Below, in pieces: positions 1 to 12,941 of a stretch of 64,000 bases of DNA (positions are counted from its first letter, which is position 1; each line of letters opens with the position of its first letter). Source of the stretch: Bdellovibrionales bacterium (GTDB taxonomy: Bacteria > Bdellovibrionota > Bdellovibrionia > Bdellovibrionales > UBA1609); contig CBDCMT010000001.1 of assembly GCA_965219095.1 (NCBI GenBank), forward strand, positions 96,001-160,000, read 5' to 3'. Below the pieces are notes generated by a model. That model was not told the DNA's origin. It saw only the letters and a program-made list of their open reading frames with translations, and made no database searches. Position numbers and translations under genes: made by a program.

Positions 1-927
1 ATGATAGGAAGCAGGATAATTAGGCATTCTATCATTATCAGCAAAAGAGTTTCCCGCAGATGCTACAAATAAAATTCCATGTTCTTCAGCTTTTTTGATC
101 ACTGTTTGAAGTGCAACACTAAAACCTCTTCCTCCCCAAGAGTTAGAAAGAATGTCTGCCTTCATTTTAATACCATAGTCAATAGCTTTAATTGCAGAGG
201 AGATTTGACCATAACCTGTTTTTCCTAAAAATTTAATGCTCATTAAAGAAACATTCCAATTCACACCTACAACACCTATTCCATTATTGCCCTGAGCTCC
301 AATGGTTCCTGCACAATGAGTTCCATGATCATGATCATCTCTTCCATTTGCTTTTGAAGAATAAAAATCCCAGCCGTAAACGTCATCAACAAAACCATTT
401 TGATCATCATCAATTTTGTTATCAGGAATCTCACCTTCATTCACCCACATGTTATCTTTCAAGTCGGGATGAGTGAAATCAATGCCTGTGTCGATCACTC
501 CTACAACTACTTTTTGACTTCCCGTTGTGATCGCCCAAGCTTCTTTAGCATTGATATCAAAAGCAGGATTGTTAAGATTATCTAAGCCCCAAAGCCCCTC
601 CAACTTAGGATCATTGGGCAACTGAAAAGGAAAAGGTTCATTAAGAAGACCAACCACTTGATCCGGCTCTACATGTTCTATGAAATCATAGGAAAGCAAA
701 ACAGATTGAAGTGTTGTTAAATCTTTATCGCTGTAAATAAGAAAACTATGATCAGAAAGGGGCTCCATAGGAGATTTTAAACTTTGAAACAAAGAAGAAG
801 ACTTCCATAATTTCCAATTTATATTTTCTTTTAAAGTTACAATATACTGATTTGGAACGTATTCTATCTTTAAAGCATGAGAACTCACAGAAAAAAAGAA
901 TAAAAATAAATAAATTAAACTTTTCAT
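1..927 (-). CDS. Subtilisin-like S8 serine peptidase, secreted (runs off the window start)
   Basis: Manual translation: ATG at 927 after AGGAGG (933-938), signal peptide MKSLIYLFLFFFSVSSHA, motifs VVGVIDTG (Asp), DHDHGTHCAGTIGA (His), SNSWGG and ASAGN (oxyanion Asn). Not in the ORF track because it is open at the edge. Confidence 0.93.
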   Translation of the reverse strand, partial: MKSLIYLFLFFFSVSSHALKIEYVPNQYIVTLKENINWKLWKSSSLFQSLKSPMEPLSDHSFLIYSDKDLTTLQSVLLSYDFIEHVEPDQVVGLLNEPFPFQLPNDPKLEGLWGLDNLNNPAFDINAKEAWAITTGSQKVVVGVIDTGIDFTHPDLKDNMWVNEGEIPDNKIDDDQNGFVDDVYGWDFYSSKANGRDDHDHGTHCAGTIGAQGNNGIGVVGVNWNVSLMSIKFLGKTGYGQISSAIKAIDYGIKMKADILSNSWGGRGFSVALQTVIKKAEEHGILFVASAGNSFADNDRMPNYPASYH

Positions 928-1164
928 AAAAACCTCCTTGTTTTTTATTTTCACCATCCTGGCTATTTCAATTTATAATAAATCTAAAGTAAAAAAAACT
1001 GCATACTATGAATTTTTAACTTTTTCATAAATATCTAGTTTTTAGTCCTAACATATTAATTGCAAAATACATCATATGTTTATAAATCTATGATTAGCTA
1101 TATCAAAATATTTTAATCATTATAGATTTTTTTTATACAAGTCTTATCCCCCTAGGAGAAGAGA

Positions 1165-1188
1165 CTGAAAACCTAAATGGAAGCACTA
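1165..1188. mobile_element. Orphan terminal inverted repeat of the IS630 element at 46174-47281
   Basis: CTGAAAACCTAAATGGAAGCACTA matches the reverse complement of 46174-46197 with one mismatch and is followed by TA. Confidence 0.75.
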
Positions 1189-1333
1189 TACAAGACGAGA
1201 AGACCTCCAATTCTAGGATGAAGAGCCTTTTTTCTAAAGGGACCTCGCCTTACAGTGCCACCTAATGTAACATAATATAACTTATCAGAAGAACCAAGAA
1301 ACCTTTTTAAAATCATCTAAACTTCTTTACTTC

Positions 1334-1511
1334 ATCGAAGTTCATCTGTTAACTGTATGATCTTCCCCCCCCCAAAAAAAAAAAAGTGAAACTTAAGAAA
1401 ATACCAGGCTCTTTGTTAGAACTTGCCTTAGAGAACTCTTTATAATTTATGCCTCCTCAAGAACCTCAGGGAACTCACAGATTCTGTTTGAGGAGCCATT
1501 AAAATCAATTT
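1334..1511 (+). repeat. Upstream block duplicated at 4147-4303 (part of the S41 tandem duplication); contains an IS3-like end and an ISL3-like right end
   Basis: ATCGAAGTTC...GAGGAGCCATTAAAATCAATTT is near-identical to 4147-4303; both copies lie upstream of an S41 gene. Confidence 0.9.
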
Positions 1512-1522
1512 AAAAAAAAAGG

Positions 1523-1552
1523 TTGACAATAATAAAGACAGTTTGATATAAT
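1523..1552 (+). promoter_or_regulatory. Sigma70-type promoter of S41 gene 1 (probably leaderless transcript starting at ATG 1560)
   Basis: TTGACA (1523) - 18 nt - TATAAT (1547) with extended -10 TG; ATG at 1560 is 7 nt downstream and matches the paralog start MKENLK. Confidence 0.75.
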
Positions 1553-1553
1553 C

Positions 1554-4094
<2,541 letters not shown>

Positions 4095-4977
4095 GGGAAG
4101 AAATAAAATGAAAAAATCAGTTACACAATTTCGCCTACAGGCTCTAATCGAAGTTCGTCTGTTAACTGTAGAAAAAGTGGAACTTAAGAAAATACCAGGC
4201 TCTTTGATTAGAACTTGCCTTAGAGAACTCTTTTAATTTATGCCTCCTCCAAGAACCTCAGGGAACTCACAGATTCTGTTTGAGGAGCCATTAAAATCAA
4301 TTTGAGCCTCTTTTTGAGCTTTGACATTCTCTTTTCGGGTTTTTGTCAATTCTTGAGTTTCTTTAGCAACAGCTTGAATCGAAGTCCATACAGCTTTAAG
4401 AATTAAATGATTGATTTTTTTGAAAGACATGTCTCGATTATAATAATATAAAAAAAATTTTCTTTTCAAGTGATTTTAAGAGAATTTCTTTCAACTGACC
4501 TCACTACCGCTTTCCTTCGCTAACCTACTTTAAAATAATAAAGAAGAAAGCACCAGAAAGGATTTCACTATGAGACAACACAATAATTAAATCCTGGCTT
4601 TCAAAAGTAAGTATAAAAGCTAAACTCTTATAAAACTACAAGTAACTTATCACACACTTAGTTTGTTTAGAGTGAATTGCAGTTAGGATTTATTAAAATC
4701 AATATAGAAAATAAATTCAAGATCAATTCAAGATATAAGAAAATACTCCCCAAAGTGCGGATCAAAACGCATAAGGTCGAGGCGTTGAGGCCTAAAAATT
4801 CCAACCAGACTCAGTGTATCTATAAAAATTTTTATAGAATAAATAAAGCTTTCTTATGATCAACTAAATTTAAAACCTTTGTAAGCTCACTTTAAGAAAA
4901 AAAACAACTTTTTCCTATGAAAACTTCTGAAAAAAGCTAGAATTTTAAAAAATATGCCGTTGGAAAAAAGAGAAAAA

Positions 4978-5006
4978 TTGACAATAAAAAGATAGCTTGA
5001 TACAAT
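4978..5006 (+). promoter_or_regulatory. Sigma70-type promoter of S41 gene 2, followed by a ~130-nt leader with SD
   Basis: TTGACA - 17 nt - TACAAT, homologous to the promoter at 1523; AAGGAG upstream of ATG 5142. Confidence 0.75.
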
Positions 5007-5141
5007 GCCGTAGAAAGTCATGTCAGTATTTCGATTTGACTATTGTTTGCTTGTTTTGCTATTAGGCACTTTAACAAGGAGTAGATTGTAAGGAAAGAAG
5101 CACTACAGCAGACTAAAACTAAAAAGGAGTTCTGTAAGAAA

Positions 5142-7610
5142 ATGAAAGAAAATTTAAAAAAGTCTTGTTACTTACTATTTTTATTTTTTTGCCTTTCTCT
5201 ATTTCAAGCAAAAACTGTTTTTTCAAATGATCTTGATTCAAATCCATTTCTAAACGAAGTTAACCCGAAAGAAGTTCTTGAAAAAACTCTCAAAACACCT
5301 GAAAGACAACAAGAAACTAAGGATCTTCTCTGTGAAGACATTAAAAAAATTGACTTCAAGACTGAACCAAACCACGTTCTTTCAAAATCAAAATTCATAA
5401 GCTCAGAAACAATAAAAATTATTGAATCCTATCCTGAACTTTTTTCAGAGAAATTACAAACCATTACTCAGAAAAATTCTTTTTTAACCAGCCTTTATAA
5501 CCAACTCTATGTTGAATTTAATAAGGAGATGAGCCTCATTGCAAAAGAAAAAAATCTTTCAATATATGAAATGCTTCTCAGTAATATGTACGATGAAGCC
5601 TTTTCTAAAGCCTCAGAGGAAATCTTTAATAGAGTTGGTACGAACGGAAGGGATAATCTCTTTCAAATTTTTTCTGTACTAGATAATGATATCTATTATA
5701 GTTTAAACCGAAGGATTAAAGCTGACCCTAGGAAAGCAATCAATGGCCTATTACATCTTGAAAAAGAAGCAAATGAAATTAAAAATGTCGTAAAGAAAAA
5801 TATATTTCCATTAATCAAAATTAAGACTCACCAAATATATAATAATTATGATCATTCATACTATATAAGTTTTTTCTCAGATACTTTAGATGGTAGCAAA
5901 TCTTTTTTTACACAAAAATTAATTCACGATTTAGAAGAAGATTTTAGTTGGGCCATCGAAGATATCTATGCTAAGAGCAACTGTGATCTTCTCGAAGAAA
6001 TATACTCTCGACTTTTAGAGAAGATGAAAGTAGCTCTTCAAAAAGCTTTAAATTATGTTCGTACTAGACCTGTTACAGAGACATCCTATCATAGATACTC
6101 AAGTTTTGCAGAAACTGAAGAGGAAATAGAGCAAAGAATAAAAAACTACATACAGTTTCAACTCTATGTAGTTTCAGATATGTTAACAGAAGAAAAAAAA
6201 TATGCTCGCTCTACTGGTGAAGATTCTTACAGGATCGTTGAAACTAAAATTAATAATCTTATAAACGTCAACCAAGAGAGAAGAGACCCTAAATTTGCCT
6301 ATGAACTTTACTTAAAGGCATTATTCCAGAAAAAAGATGACAAATCTAATTTTGAAATTAATGGCTATACTAATCTAAAGAGGTTAACTAGTGAAAAATT
6401 TTTTGGAATTGGTGTCAGGTTAAAACCAACTAATGAGGGGAATTTAGAAGTTCTTGAAGTTCTCAAAAATCCAGATAAAGAGGGAAAAAAATATCCCTCT
6501 GAACGTGCTGGAATAAAAGAGAAAGACGTATTAATTGCTGTAAAAGAATCTGAAAACTCTGATTGGTATAATGTCAGCCAAATAAGTTTTTTAAAAGTAA
6601 TGGAGAAAATTCGAGGGCCAGAAAACACTTTTGTTTATCTTAAAGTAAAAAGATATGACAAAGAAGGCTCACTTCTATTTAAAATAGAAAGGAATGAAAT
6701 CAAAACTACTTCTATTCGACATTTTATCGTAGATGTTATGAGGGGAAACAAAAAACACAAAGTCGCTCTTATTAAATTTAAAAGTTTTATGGCAAATTCC
6801 TTGCATGAGGATTTTAAAAATATTTTATCAACTTTGAGAGATGAAAAGGTAGAGTCTCTTGTTATCGATCTTACAGAAAATGGAGGAGGAGAGATAAACA
6901 CAACAGTTGCTGTAACAGGTCTTTTTATGGAAAACAGTATACCTATGAAAATTAGTCTGGGTAAAGGAAACAAGGTAGGGGAGCTTATTAAAGACCCTGA
7001 TTCATCTATTCATTGGAAAAAACCCCTTATCATTCTCACAAGTACACTTAGTGCCAGTGGTTCAGAAATTATGGCAGGTTCCTTAAAAGCCTACAGAAGA
7101 GCTATTATTGTAGGTGACAGAACTTATGGCAAAGGCACAGCCCAAACTATGATTTCTTATTTTCAACACTTTGTCCGATTAACAACAGCACTCTATATTA
7201 TCCCTGATGGAAGCAGTCCTCAACAAATAGGAGTAAAACCAGATATTTCCTTTCCAACCCTTAGCTTTTCTTTTCAAACAAGTGAGTCTAAGTTAACTTA
7301 CTGGGGTAATGAAGAAAGTTTTCTATTACCTCCAGAAGAAACTGGAGCAGGAACTTCTTGGACTCCTGTCACTCAAGAAATGTTATCAAAACTGAAGACA
7401 GAATCTAAAAAAAGAGTAGCAAAAAATGAAAAAGATTTTTCTCGATATTTAGTTAATAAACCTTCTTGGTCAGAAGAGAAAAACCCAGGAGAGTATCAAA
7501 TAAATTATGAAGAAACAAAAGCAAAAGAATACCCAATAAATTATTTGGATAGCCCAGATATTAAAGAGGCTTTAGAAATTGCAACAGATGCAATTTCTAT
7601 CGTAAAGTAA
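5142..7610 (+). CDS. S41 family carboxy-terminal processing protease, paralog 2
   Basis: Long blocks identical to paralog 1; SASGSEIMAG and RTYGKGTAQ catalytic motifs; PDZ domain. Confidence 0.93.
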   Translation: MKENLKKSCYLLFLFFCLSLFQAKTVFSNDLDSNPFLNEVNPKEVLEKTLKTPERQQETKDLLCEDIKKIDFKTEPNHVLSKSKFISSETIKIIESYPELFSEKLQTITQKNSFLTSLYNQLYVEFNKEMSLIAKEKNLSIYEMLLSNMYDEAFSKASEEIFNRVGTNGRDNLFQIFSVLDNDIYYSLNRRIKADPRKAINGLLHLEKEANEIKNVVKKNIFPLIKIKTHQIYNNYDHSYYISFFSDTLDGSKSFFTQKLIHDLEEDFSWAIEDIYAKSNCDLLEEIYSRLLEKMKVALQKALNYVRTRPVTETSYHRYSSFAETEEEIEQRIKNYIQFQLYVVSDMLTEEKKYARSTGEDSYRIVETKINNLINVNQERRDPKFAYELYLKALFQKKDDKSNFEINGYTNLKRLTSEKFFGIGVRLKPTNEGNLEVLEVLKNPDKEGKKYPSERAGIKEKDVLIAVKESENSDWYNVSQISFLKVMEKIRGPENTFVYLKVKRYDKEGSLLFKIERNEIKTTSIRHFIVDVMRGNKKHKVALIKFKSFMANSLHEDFKNILSTLRDEKVESLVIDLTENGGGEINTTVAVTGLFMENSIPMKISLGKGNKVGELIKDPDSSIHWKKPLIILTSTLSASGSEIMAGSLKAYRRAIIVGDRTYGKGTAQTMISYFQHFVRLTTALYIIPDGSSPQQIGVKPDISFPTLSFSFQTSESKLTYWGNEESFLLPPEETGAGTSWTPVTQEMLSKLKTESKKRVAKNEKDFSRYLVNKPSWSEEKNPGEYQINYEETKAKEYPINYLDSPDIKEALEIATDAISIVK

Positions 7611-7626
7611 AAAGAGAGGTAATAAC

Positions 7627-9981
7627 ATGAAGATGAACATCAGAAATAAATGGAAAAATTTAATAATATTCATTTTTTCTTTAAACTACCCTCTTTCTCT
7701 TCTTGCCTTAGATCATCAAGAAATTAACTGCAATGATATTCCTTTGATTGAAAAGCAATATGCACACAGTCACATCTTAATAGATTTACAACCAGAGGCT
7801 TATCGGTTAATGAACCTATTTTTTCCAGAAGCTTCTCATAACCACTTTGAAAAAGGTGTAAAAAACATCATGTATAGCTTTTTAACTAACTTTAACGTTT
7901 GGCTTATGAAACAAATTCATGACCAAAGTGAAAACCTAACCTATGAATTAAGTCTTATTGATAACTTTGAAAGAAACCCTTCAAAGTTTGAGCATTTTTT
8001 TGATCAGTCAGTAAAAGATTTTTTTGAAAACAAAAAATTTGTAGCAAACATTTTTACTCATACTTCTAAAAGACTGCTGCATCGCCTTACTGAAAAGGAA
8101 TATGAACATATAAGATCTAAAAAAGAGGAAACTTTGCTTGTCTTTAAGTCCTCTTCTTACAAACACTTAAAAGGGTATAATTTTAGAAGGCTAAGCAGAG
8201 GTTTCCTATCTCAGATGGATCCTCATAAAGTACACTTTACTCAACAAAGGATCAAAGATATATCAGAAGATTTTTTAATTAAGAAGCCTTCTGATCATAG
8301 TGAAAAGCTTGCCCCGGGCATTATAAAAAGTGCTCTTTTCTCAAATTGTACTGATCTTTATGAACTTTACTCCAAACTTTTGAAAGAAGTGAGGGCTTCT
8401 CTAGAAAAAGACCAAATTTATGTCAATCAACGTCCTTCTGTAAAAAAAGGGTTATCCATTCCACAGACTTATGACGATTTTGCCCAAAATGACAAGGAGT
8501 TGAAGCAAAGAAAACAAAATTATTTACATGTTCAACTTGCACTCCAATCAAAAGCTATAAACCCTTATTTATATAGTAATCAACGTAGATTTCCATCAAA
8601 AATTACAAATCCTCTCTCAATAGAATACACATCTTATAAAAAATTATCTGACTCTTTAGAGGAAGAAATTAAAGAAGTCGATAGAAAAATAAATAATCTA
8701 GAAACTAGTGCCATATTTAACCTTATTCAAACTCTAACTTCAAAAGATAACCAAAGTTCTTTTTCAAAAAAAGGACAACCTTATCTCATAAATGATTATC
8801 TCGGTGTAGAATTGAAAGTATTAAATAATAGGGTCTCTGTTTATAAAATTTTAGATGAACATCTAGCTAAAAAAGCCCATCTTAAGGTCGGAGATATTAT
8901 ATCAGAAATTAAACCTACCTTAAATTCATCATGGCATAAGGTCTCTAGTATTTTTTTCTTAGAGAGGTTTATTGTTTCAGGTCTAGAAAACACTCAGTTT
9001 TCTCTTCGAGTGAAGGGAAAAGATGCTACTATAAGTTCTTTTGAAGTGATCCGCAACAGAAGTAACCATCAAAAAATTGCTTATTCTATTCAAAAAATTA
9101 AACGAAACGGACAAGAGCACAAAGTTGGTCTCATTCGTATTCAATTCTTTTATCATGATATTTTTGAAAAAATGCTTTCTGCTCTGATCGAACTTAAAGA
9201 AATGGGAGCTGAGTCTTTGCTTATCGACTTAACAGAAAGTCCAGGAGGAGCACTTGTTGGCACTTTACCAGGTTTATTTATAGAAAGGGGAAACCTTTCT
9301 AAAGTTGATAAAAGTATTTACGAAAATCCCATGTTTTCACATATTTTTCAAATCTCCAACAGTTTCCTCACTTGGGAAAAACCTCTCGTTATCTTAGTTA
9401 ATAATAAAACTGCTAGTGTTGCAGAACTTTTTGCAGGAGTTCTACAGTACTATAAGAGAGCACTTATTGTCGGTTCTCAAAAAACTTTCGGAAAGGCCAG
9501 TATTCAAACATTTATTTCCCATAGAAATAATAAAGATTATGTTATAACTGAATTTCTTAATTTCTTGCCTAATGGAGAAACTTTTGAAAGCAAAGGAATT
9601 CATTCTGATATAATCTTTCCAACAGTTGGGTTTTTTAGTGAGGAAAACAATCCTTATATTATGACATGGACTGAAAAAAGCTTTGCTTCTTCAGACAAAG
9701 AAACAGGAGCTGGAATCTTTTGGACGGCTCTTAATTCCGATATGATTTCTAAACTGAAAAAGAAGTCTAATTCACGTACAAACTCCTCAAAAGAGTTTGA
9801 GCAGCTAAAAAATGCTTTTAAGCAGCAGTTGTCCGTTGAAGCAATTCTTAGAGAGAAAAAAAGAGGAGAAAAAACAAAAAGCCTCCAAGAATATTATTTA
9901 AATACTGAGAACTACTTACAAAGACCAGATCTTAGGGAAGCTTTAGAAATTGCAACAGATGTAATTGACATAGTAAAATAA
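7627..9981 (+). CDS. S41 family carboxy-terminal processing protease, diverged paralog 3
   Basis: YLGVEL (PDZ), DLTESPGG, TASVAELFAG, KTFGKASIQ; shares ETGAG..WT and PD..EALEIATD.I.IVK C-terminus with paralogs 1 and 2. Confidence 0.88.
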   Translation: MKMNIRNKWKNLIIFIFSLNYPLSLLALDHQEINCNDIPLIEKQYAHSHILIDLQPEAYRLMNLFFPEASHNHFEKGVKNIMYSFLTNFNVWLMKQIHDQSENLTYELSLIDNFERNPSKFEHFFDQSVKDFFENKKFVANIFTHTSKRLLHRLTEKEYEHIRSKKEETLLVFKSSSYKHLKGYNFRRLSRGFLSQMDPHKVHFTQQRIKDISEDFLIKKPSDHSEKLAPGIIKSALFSNCTDLYELYSKLLKEVRASLEKDQIYVNQRPSVKKGLSIPQTYDDFAQNDKELKQRKQNYLHVQLALQSKAINPYLYSNQRRFPSKITNPLSIEYTSYKKLSDSLEEEIKEVDRKINNLETSAIFNLIQTLTSKDNQSSFSKKGQPYLINDYLGVELKVLNNRVSVYKILDEHLAKKAHLKVGDIISEIKPTLNSSWHKVSSIFFLERFIVSGLENTQFSLRVKGKDATISSFEVIRNRSNHQKIAYSIQKIKRNGQEHKVGLIRIQFFYHDIFEKMLSALIELKEMGAESLLIDLTESPGGALVGTLPGLFIERGNLSKVDKSIYENPMFSHIFQISNSFLTWEKPLVILVNNKTASVAELFAGVLQYYKRALIVGSQKTFGKASIQTFISHRNNKDYVITEFLNFLPNGETFESKGIHSDIIFPTVGFFSEENNPYIMTWTEKSFASSDKETGAGIFWTALNSDMISKLKKKSNSRTNSSKEFEQLKNAFKQQLSVEAILREKKRGEKTKSLQEYYLNTENYLQRPDLREALEIATDVIDIVK

Positions 9982-9997
9982 GGAAAAGGAGTAAGCT

Positions 9998-11089
9998 ATG
10001 AAAAAATATTTATTGATCGTTTCTACTTTTTTTATAAGTATATCAGGTTTTACTGAAAATCTTCATTTTTGTGAGGATCCTGAGTTACTGAATTTATTTA
10101 AAATTAATTTTAAAGGTCAAAATAAACAAGGCGTTAATCAACACCTTTCTGGTTTTCCAGAAATTCGTGATCATTTTCAACCAGGTTTTAGAAGCTGTTT
10201 AGATGGATTGAGAGTAAAAGAAAATCCAGAGGTTTCTACTTCAGAGTATTTTTTAAGTGTTAAAGTCTATGATGAATCAAACTATGAACTGACATCAATT
10301 ATCCCTCTCTATTACAGAAGAGTGAGTGTTCAGGCTGATCATAACTCAATGAAAAAACAATGGATTTTTGCTAATATTCCAAACCATAAGAGCTCTATTA
10401 TTAATGAAATGGTTACTAAATCTATGGAAAAAACTGATCCTATAGCTTCCTTTACAGAAAAAAAACTTCAAAAGCTTAATCATCAAAAAGACTTACTTAA
10501 CATATTTGAGAAAAAACATATGAAAGAACAAGAAGCACAAAGGCTTTTTCTAGATACCTTTCAAATGTCTGAAGTAACCCATTTTATGAAAGATTTTCCT
10601 AAAGAAAGATATTTCATAGCTTCATATGATAAACTCTTTTATTTTATCATGGGAGGGGTCCTTGTTTCAAAACAGCTTGTAGCAATAAAGCACTCTCGTG
10701 AATATAAAACCTGGACTTTTTATAAAATGCCTTTATTTAAATTTCAGAATGCCCTAGATAAAATAAGAATGGAAACACAAATAAGTTTTGAAAAATATTG
10801 GCATAATTATCTGTGTAATTACATCCAGACAAGTGACGAGTTAAAATATAATTTTGAAAGGATCAAAACCAACTCCAATACAAAAGAAATAATACAAGAT
10901 GATTTTTTCAGTTATTTTATAAATGAAAGAGATGCTTTTTGTGATAATGGTCAGGTTCCAGAAAGATTATTACTAAAACATCCTAAGGCACACCATTTCC
11001 ATAGGTTTGTTAGGAACAAATGGATTCAAGAACTGACAAAAATCAAAAAGAAAGAAGAACCTACAATTTATAGTAATCTAGATTTTTAA
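9998..11089 (+). CDS. Hypothetical secreted protein, probably co-transcribed with the S41 genes
   Basis: 363 aa ORF, SD AAGGAG, N-terminal signal peptide, 16 bp after paralog 3. Confidence 0.75.
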   Translation: MKKYLLIVSTFFISISGFTENLHFCEDPELLNLFKINFKGQNKQGVNQHLSGFPEIRDHFQPGFRSCLDGLRVKENPEVSTSEYFLSVKVYDESNYELTSIIPLYYRRVSVQADHNSMKKQWIFANIPNHKSSIINEMVTKSMEKTDPIASFTEKKLQKLNHQKDLLNIFEKKHMKEQEAQRLFLDTFQMSEVTHFMKDFPKERYFIASYDKLFYFIMGGVLVSKQLVAIKHSREYKTWTFYKMPLFKFQNALDKIRMETQISFEKYWHNYLCNYIQTSDELKYNFERIKTNSNTKEIIQDDFFSYFINERDAFCDNGQVPERLLLKHPKAHHFHRFVRNKWIQELTKIKKKEEPTIYSNLDF

Positions 11090-11433
11090 ATTCCTACTAA
11101 TGGAAAAATTGTTGCTTATTAACCTGAAATCTGTTAATTTTGGTACTAGTGTTCTGACCAGTAATTTTTTTCACATTATTAAATTATTTGGCTCCTCCTG
11201 GGAATCTGTGGGTGAAAAGTAGCTAGAAATCCCCCAAAAAGGCTCATATTAATCAAAGCAAGAGTAAGACATTCTATCTTGTATTTTTGAGTTCTTTGAG
11301 GCCTTTACTGGCCTCTATCACCTCCGGTGATTGAACTCAAAAACATTCTTTTATTTGCTGTGTTACATTAAAATTTTAAAAAAGAAGCACCTACTTCCCA
11401 GATGCCTTAAAAAAACCCAAAGGAGGGAAGTAG

Positions 11434-12592
11434 GTGCTTTTGAAGACTATACTAAATGATTGTTTAAAATGGAAGTCTTTTGTGTACGGAGACATTTATT
11501 TTTCAAAAGATAGAAAGTCAATTAATGTTCCTATTAAGGCTCGTAAAAATGGCCAAGCTTTTTGTAGTGTTTGTAAGAAGCCCTGTTCAGTGTATGACAG
11601 CAGTAAATCATCACGAGACTTTGAATCCCTTCCTATTTTAAGTTACAGGGTGTTTTTTGTTTATTTTGTAAGAAGAGTTAATTGTCCTTGCTGTGGAGTA
11701 AAAGTTGAGTATTTACCTTGGGCAGATGGGAAGAAAAACCTAACAATTTTTTACATGAAGTACTTAGCAGACTGGTGTCGTCACCTGTCTTGGAAAGAGG
11801 TTTCTTGTAAGTTTCAGGTCAGTTGGAATCAGGTCTATGCTTCAGTGGAGTGGGTTGTAGAGTATGGTTTAAAACAAAGGGTTTTAAAGGGAATACAAGC
11901 TATAGGTGTAGATGAAATACAATGGAAAAAGAACCATAAGTATCTCACCTTAGTCTATGAAATAAGCAAAGAAAGTGTTCGTTTGCTATGGATAGGAGAA
12001 AAAAGAACAGAAAAGAGTTTTAGAAAATTCTTTGATTTACTAGGAGAGAAGTCAAAAGATATACAGTTTGTGTGTTCTGATATGTGGAAGCCCTATTTAA
12101 AAGTAATAAAGGAAAGGGCAAGTCAAGCTTTGAATATATTAGATCGGTTTCATATCGTAGCAGGACTCAATAAGGCTTTAGACGAAGTGAGAGCTTCAGA
12201 ACACAAAAAAATGAAAGAAGACGGGTATGAACCCCTTTTAACAAAAGCTAGATGACCCTTGTTAAAAAATGCAGAAAATTTAAAATCTTATGAAAAAGTA
12301 AAATTAAGGCATTTAATACAGTACAATTTAAAAAGTATCCGCTGTTATTTTTTAAAAGAAGACTTCCGACAGTTATGGACCTATGTTTCACCAACTTGGG
12401 CTGGTAAATTTATAGACAGTTGGACGAGACGAGTCATGCTTTCAAAAATTGAACCTATGAAAAGAGAAGCAAAAACCATACGAAGACATAAGCTACTTAT
12501 TCTTAATTACTTCAAGGCTAAAAAAGCCTTCTCCTCAGGGATTGTAGAGGGTTTAAACAACAAAGTAAAACTCACTATGAGAAAATCTTACG
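11434..12592 (+). pseudogene. ISL3 transposase pseudogene
   Basis: Zn-finger CSVC/CPCC, IGVDE, SDMWKPY, DRFH, VEGLNNKVK; in-frame TGA at 12253 (RW to R*), then IS481 insertion at 12593. Confidence 0.9.
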
Positions 12593-12941
12593 TGTAATAG
12601 TCGCGACTTAATCTGACACGTCTCGAAATGTCAAAGAGATGAAAAGAGGTTACCCTTTTAAATAAACAATACCACCCCAAAGGGTGGAGAAAGGATAACA
12701 AAAATGACATATCAAGAAAGAATTATAAAATCAAAAGTAGGTCTTTTGCAATTAGCAGAAGAGTTAGGCAATGTATCTCAAGCTTGTAAGGTGATGGGCT
12801 TTTCAAGAGATACATTTTATCGTTACAAGACACTCAAAGAGGAAGGAGGTTTAGAATCATTAAGAGAGCAAAGTCGTAGAAAGCCTAATTTAAAAAACAG
12901 AGTTGATCAAACGACAGAAGAGGCTTGTTTAAGGATTGATC
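12593..12941 (+). mobile_element. Truncated IS481-family element (5' 349 bp)
   Basis: Starts TGTAATAGTCGC; nearly identical to the first ~345 bp of the copy at 12942; encodes the 80-aa ORF 12704-12946. Confidence 0.92.

Noticed and set aside
400..585. Short ORF-track calls antisense to or overlapping real genes (also 3203, 5204, 6365, 6635, 13890, 15200, 28086, 51874, 52638, 54071, 54438, 55278, 61613, 62962 and similar)
   Set aside because: Shadow frames of well-supported CDSs with no motifs or initiation signals.
4233..4859. ORFs 4233-4469 (-) and 4677-4859 (+)
   Set aside because: TTG starts without SD and no recognisable motifs; the first runs into repeat/IS-derived sequence.
12253..12255. 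In-frame TGA at a Trp position as evidence for a recoded genetic code
   Set aside because: TGA ends conserved genes here (rpsN, pstA, lpdA) and Trp is TGG elsewhere; a nonsense mutation in a dead IS is simpler.
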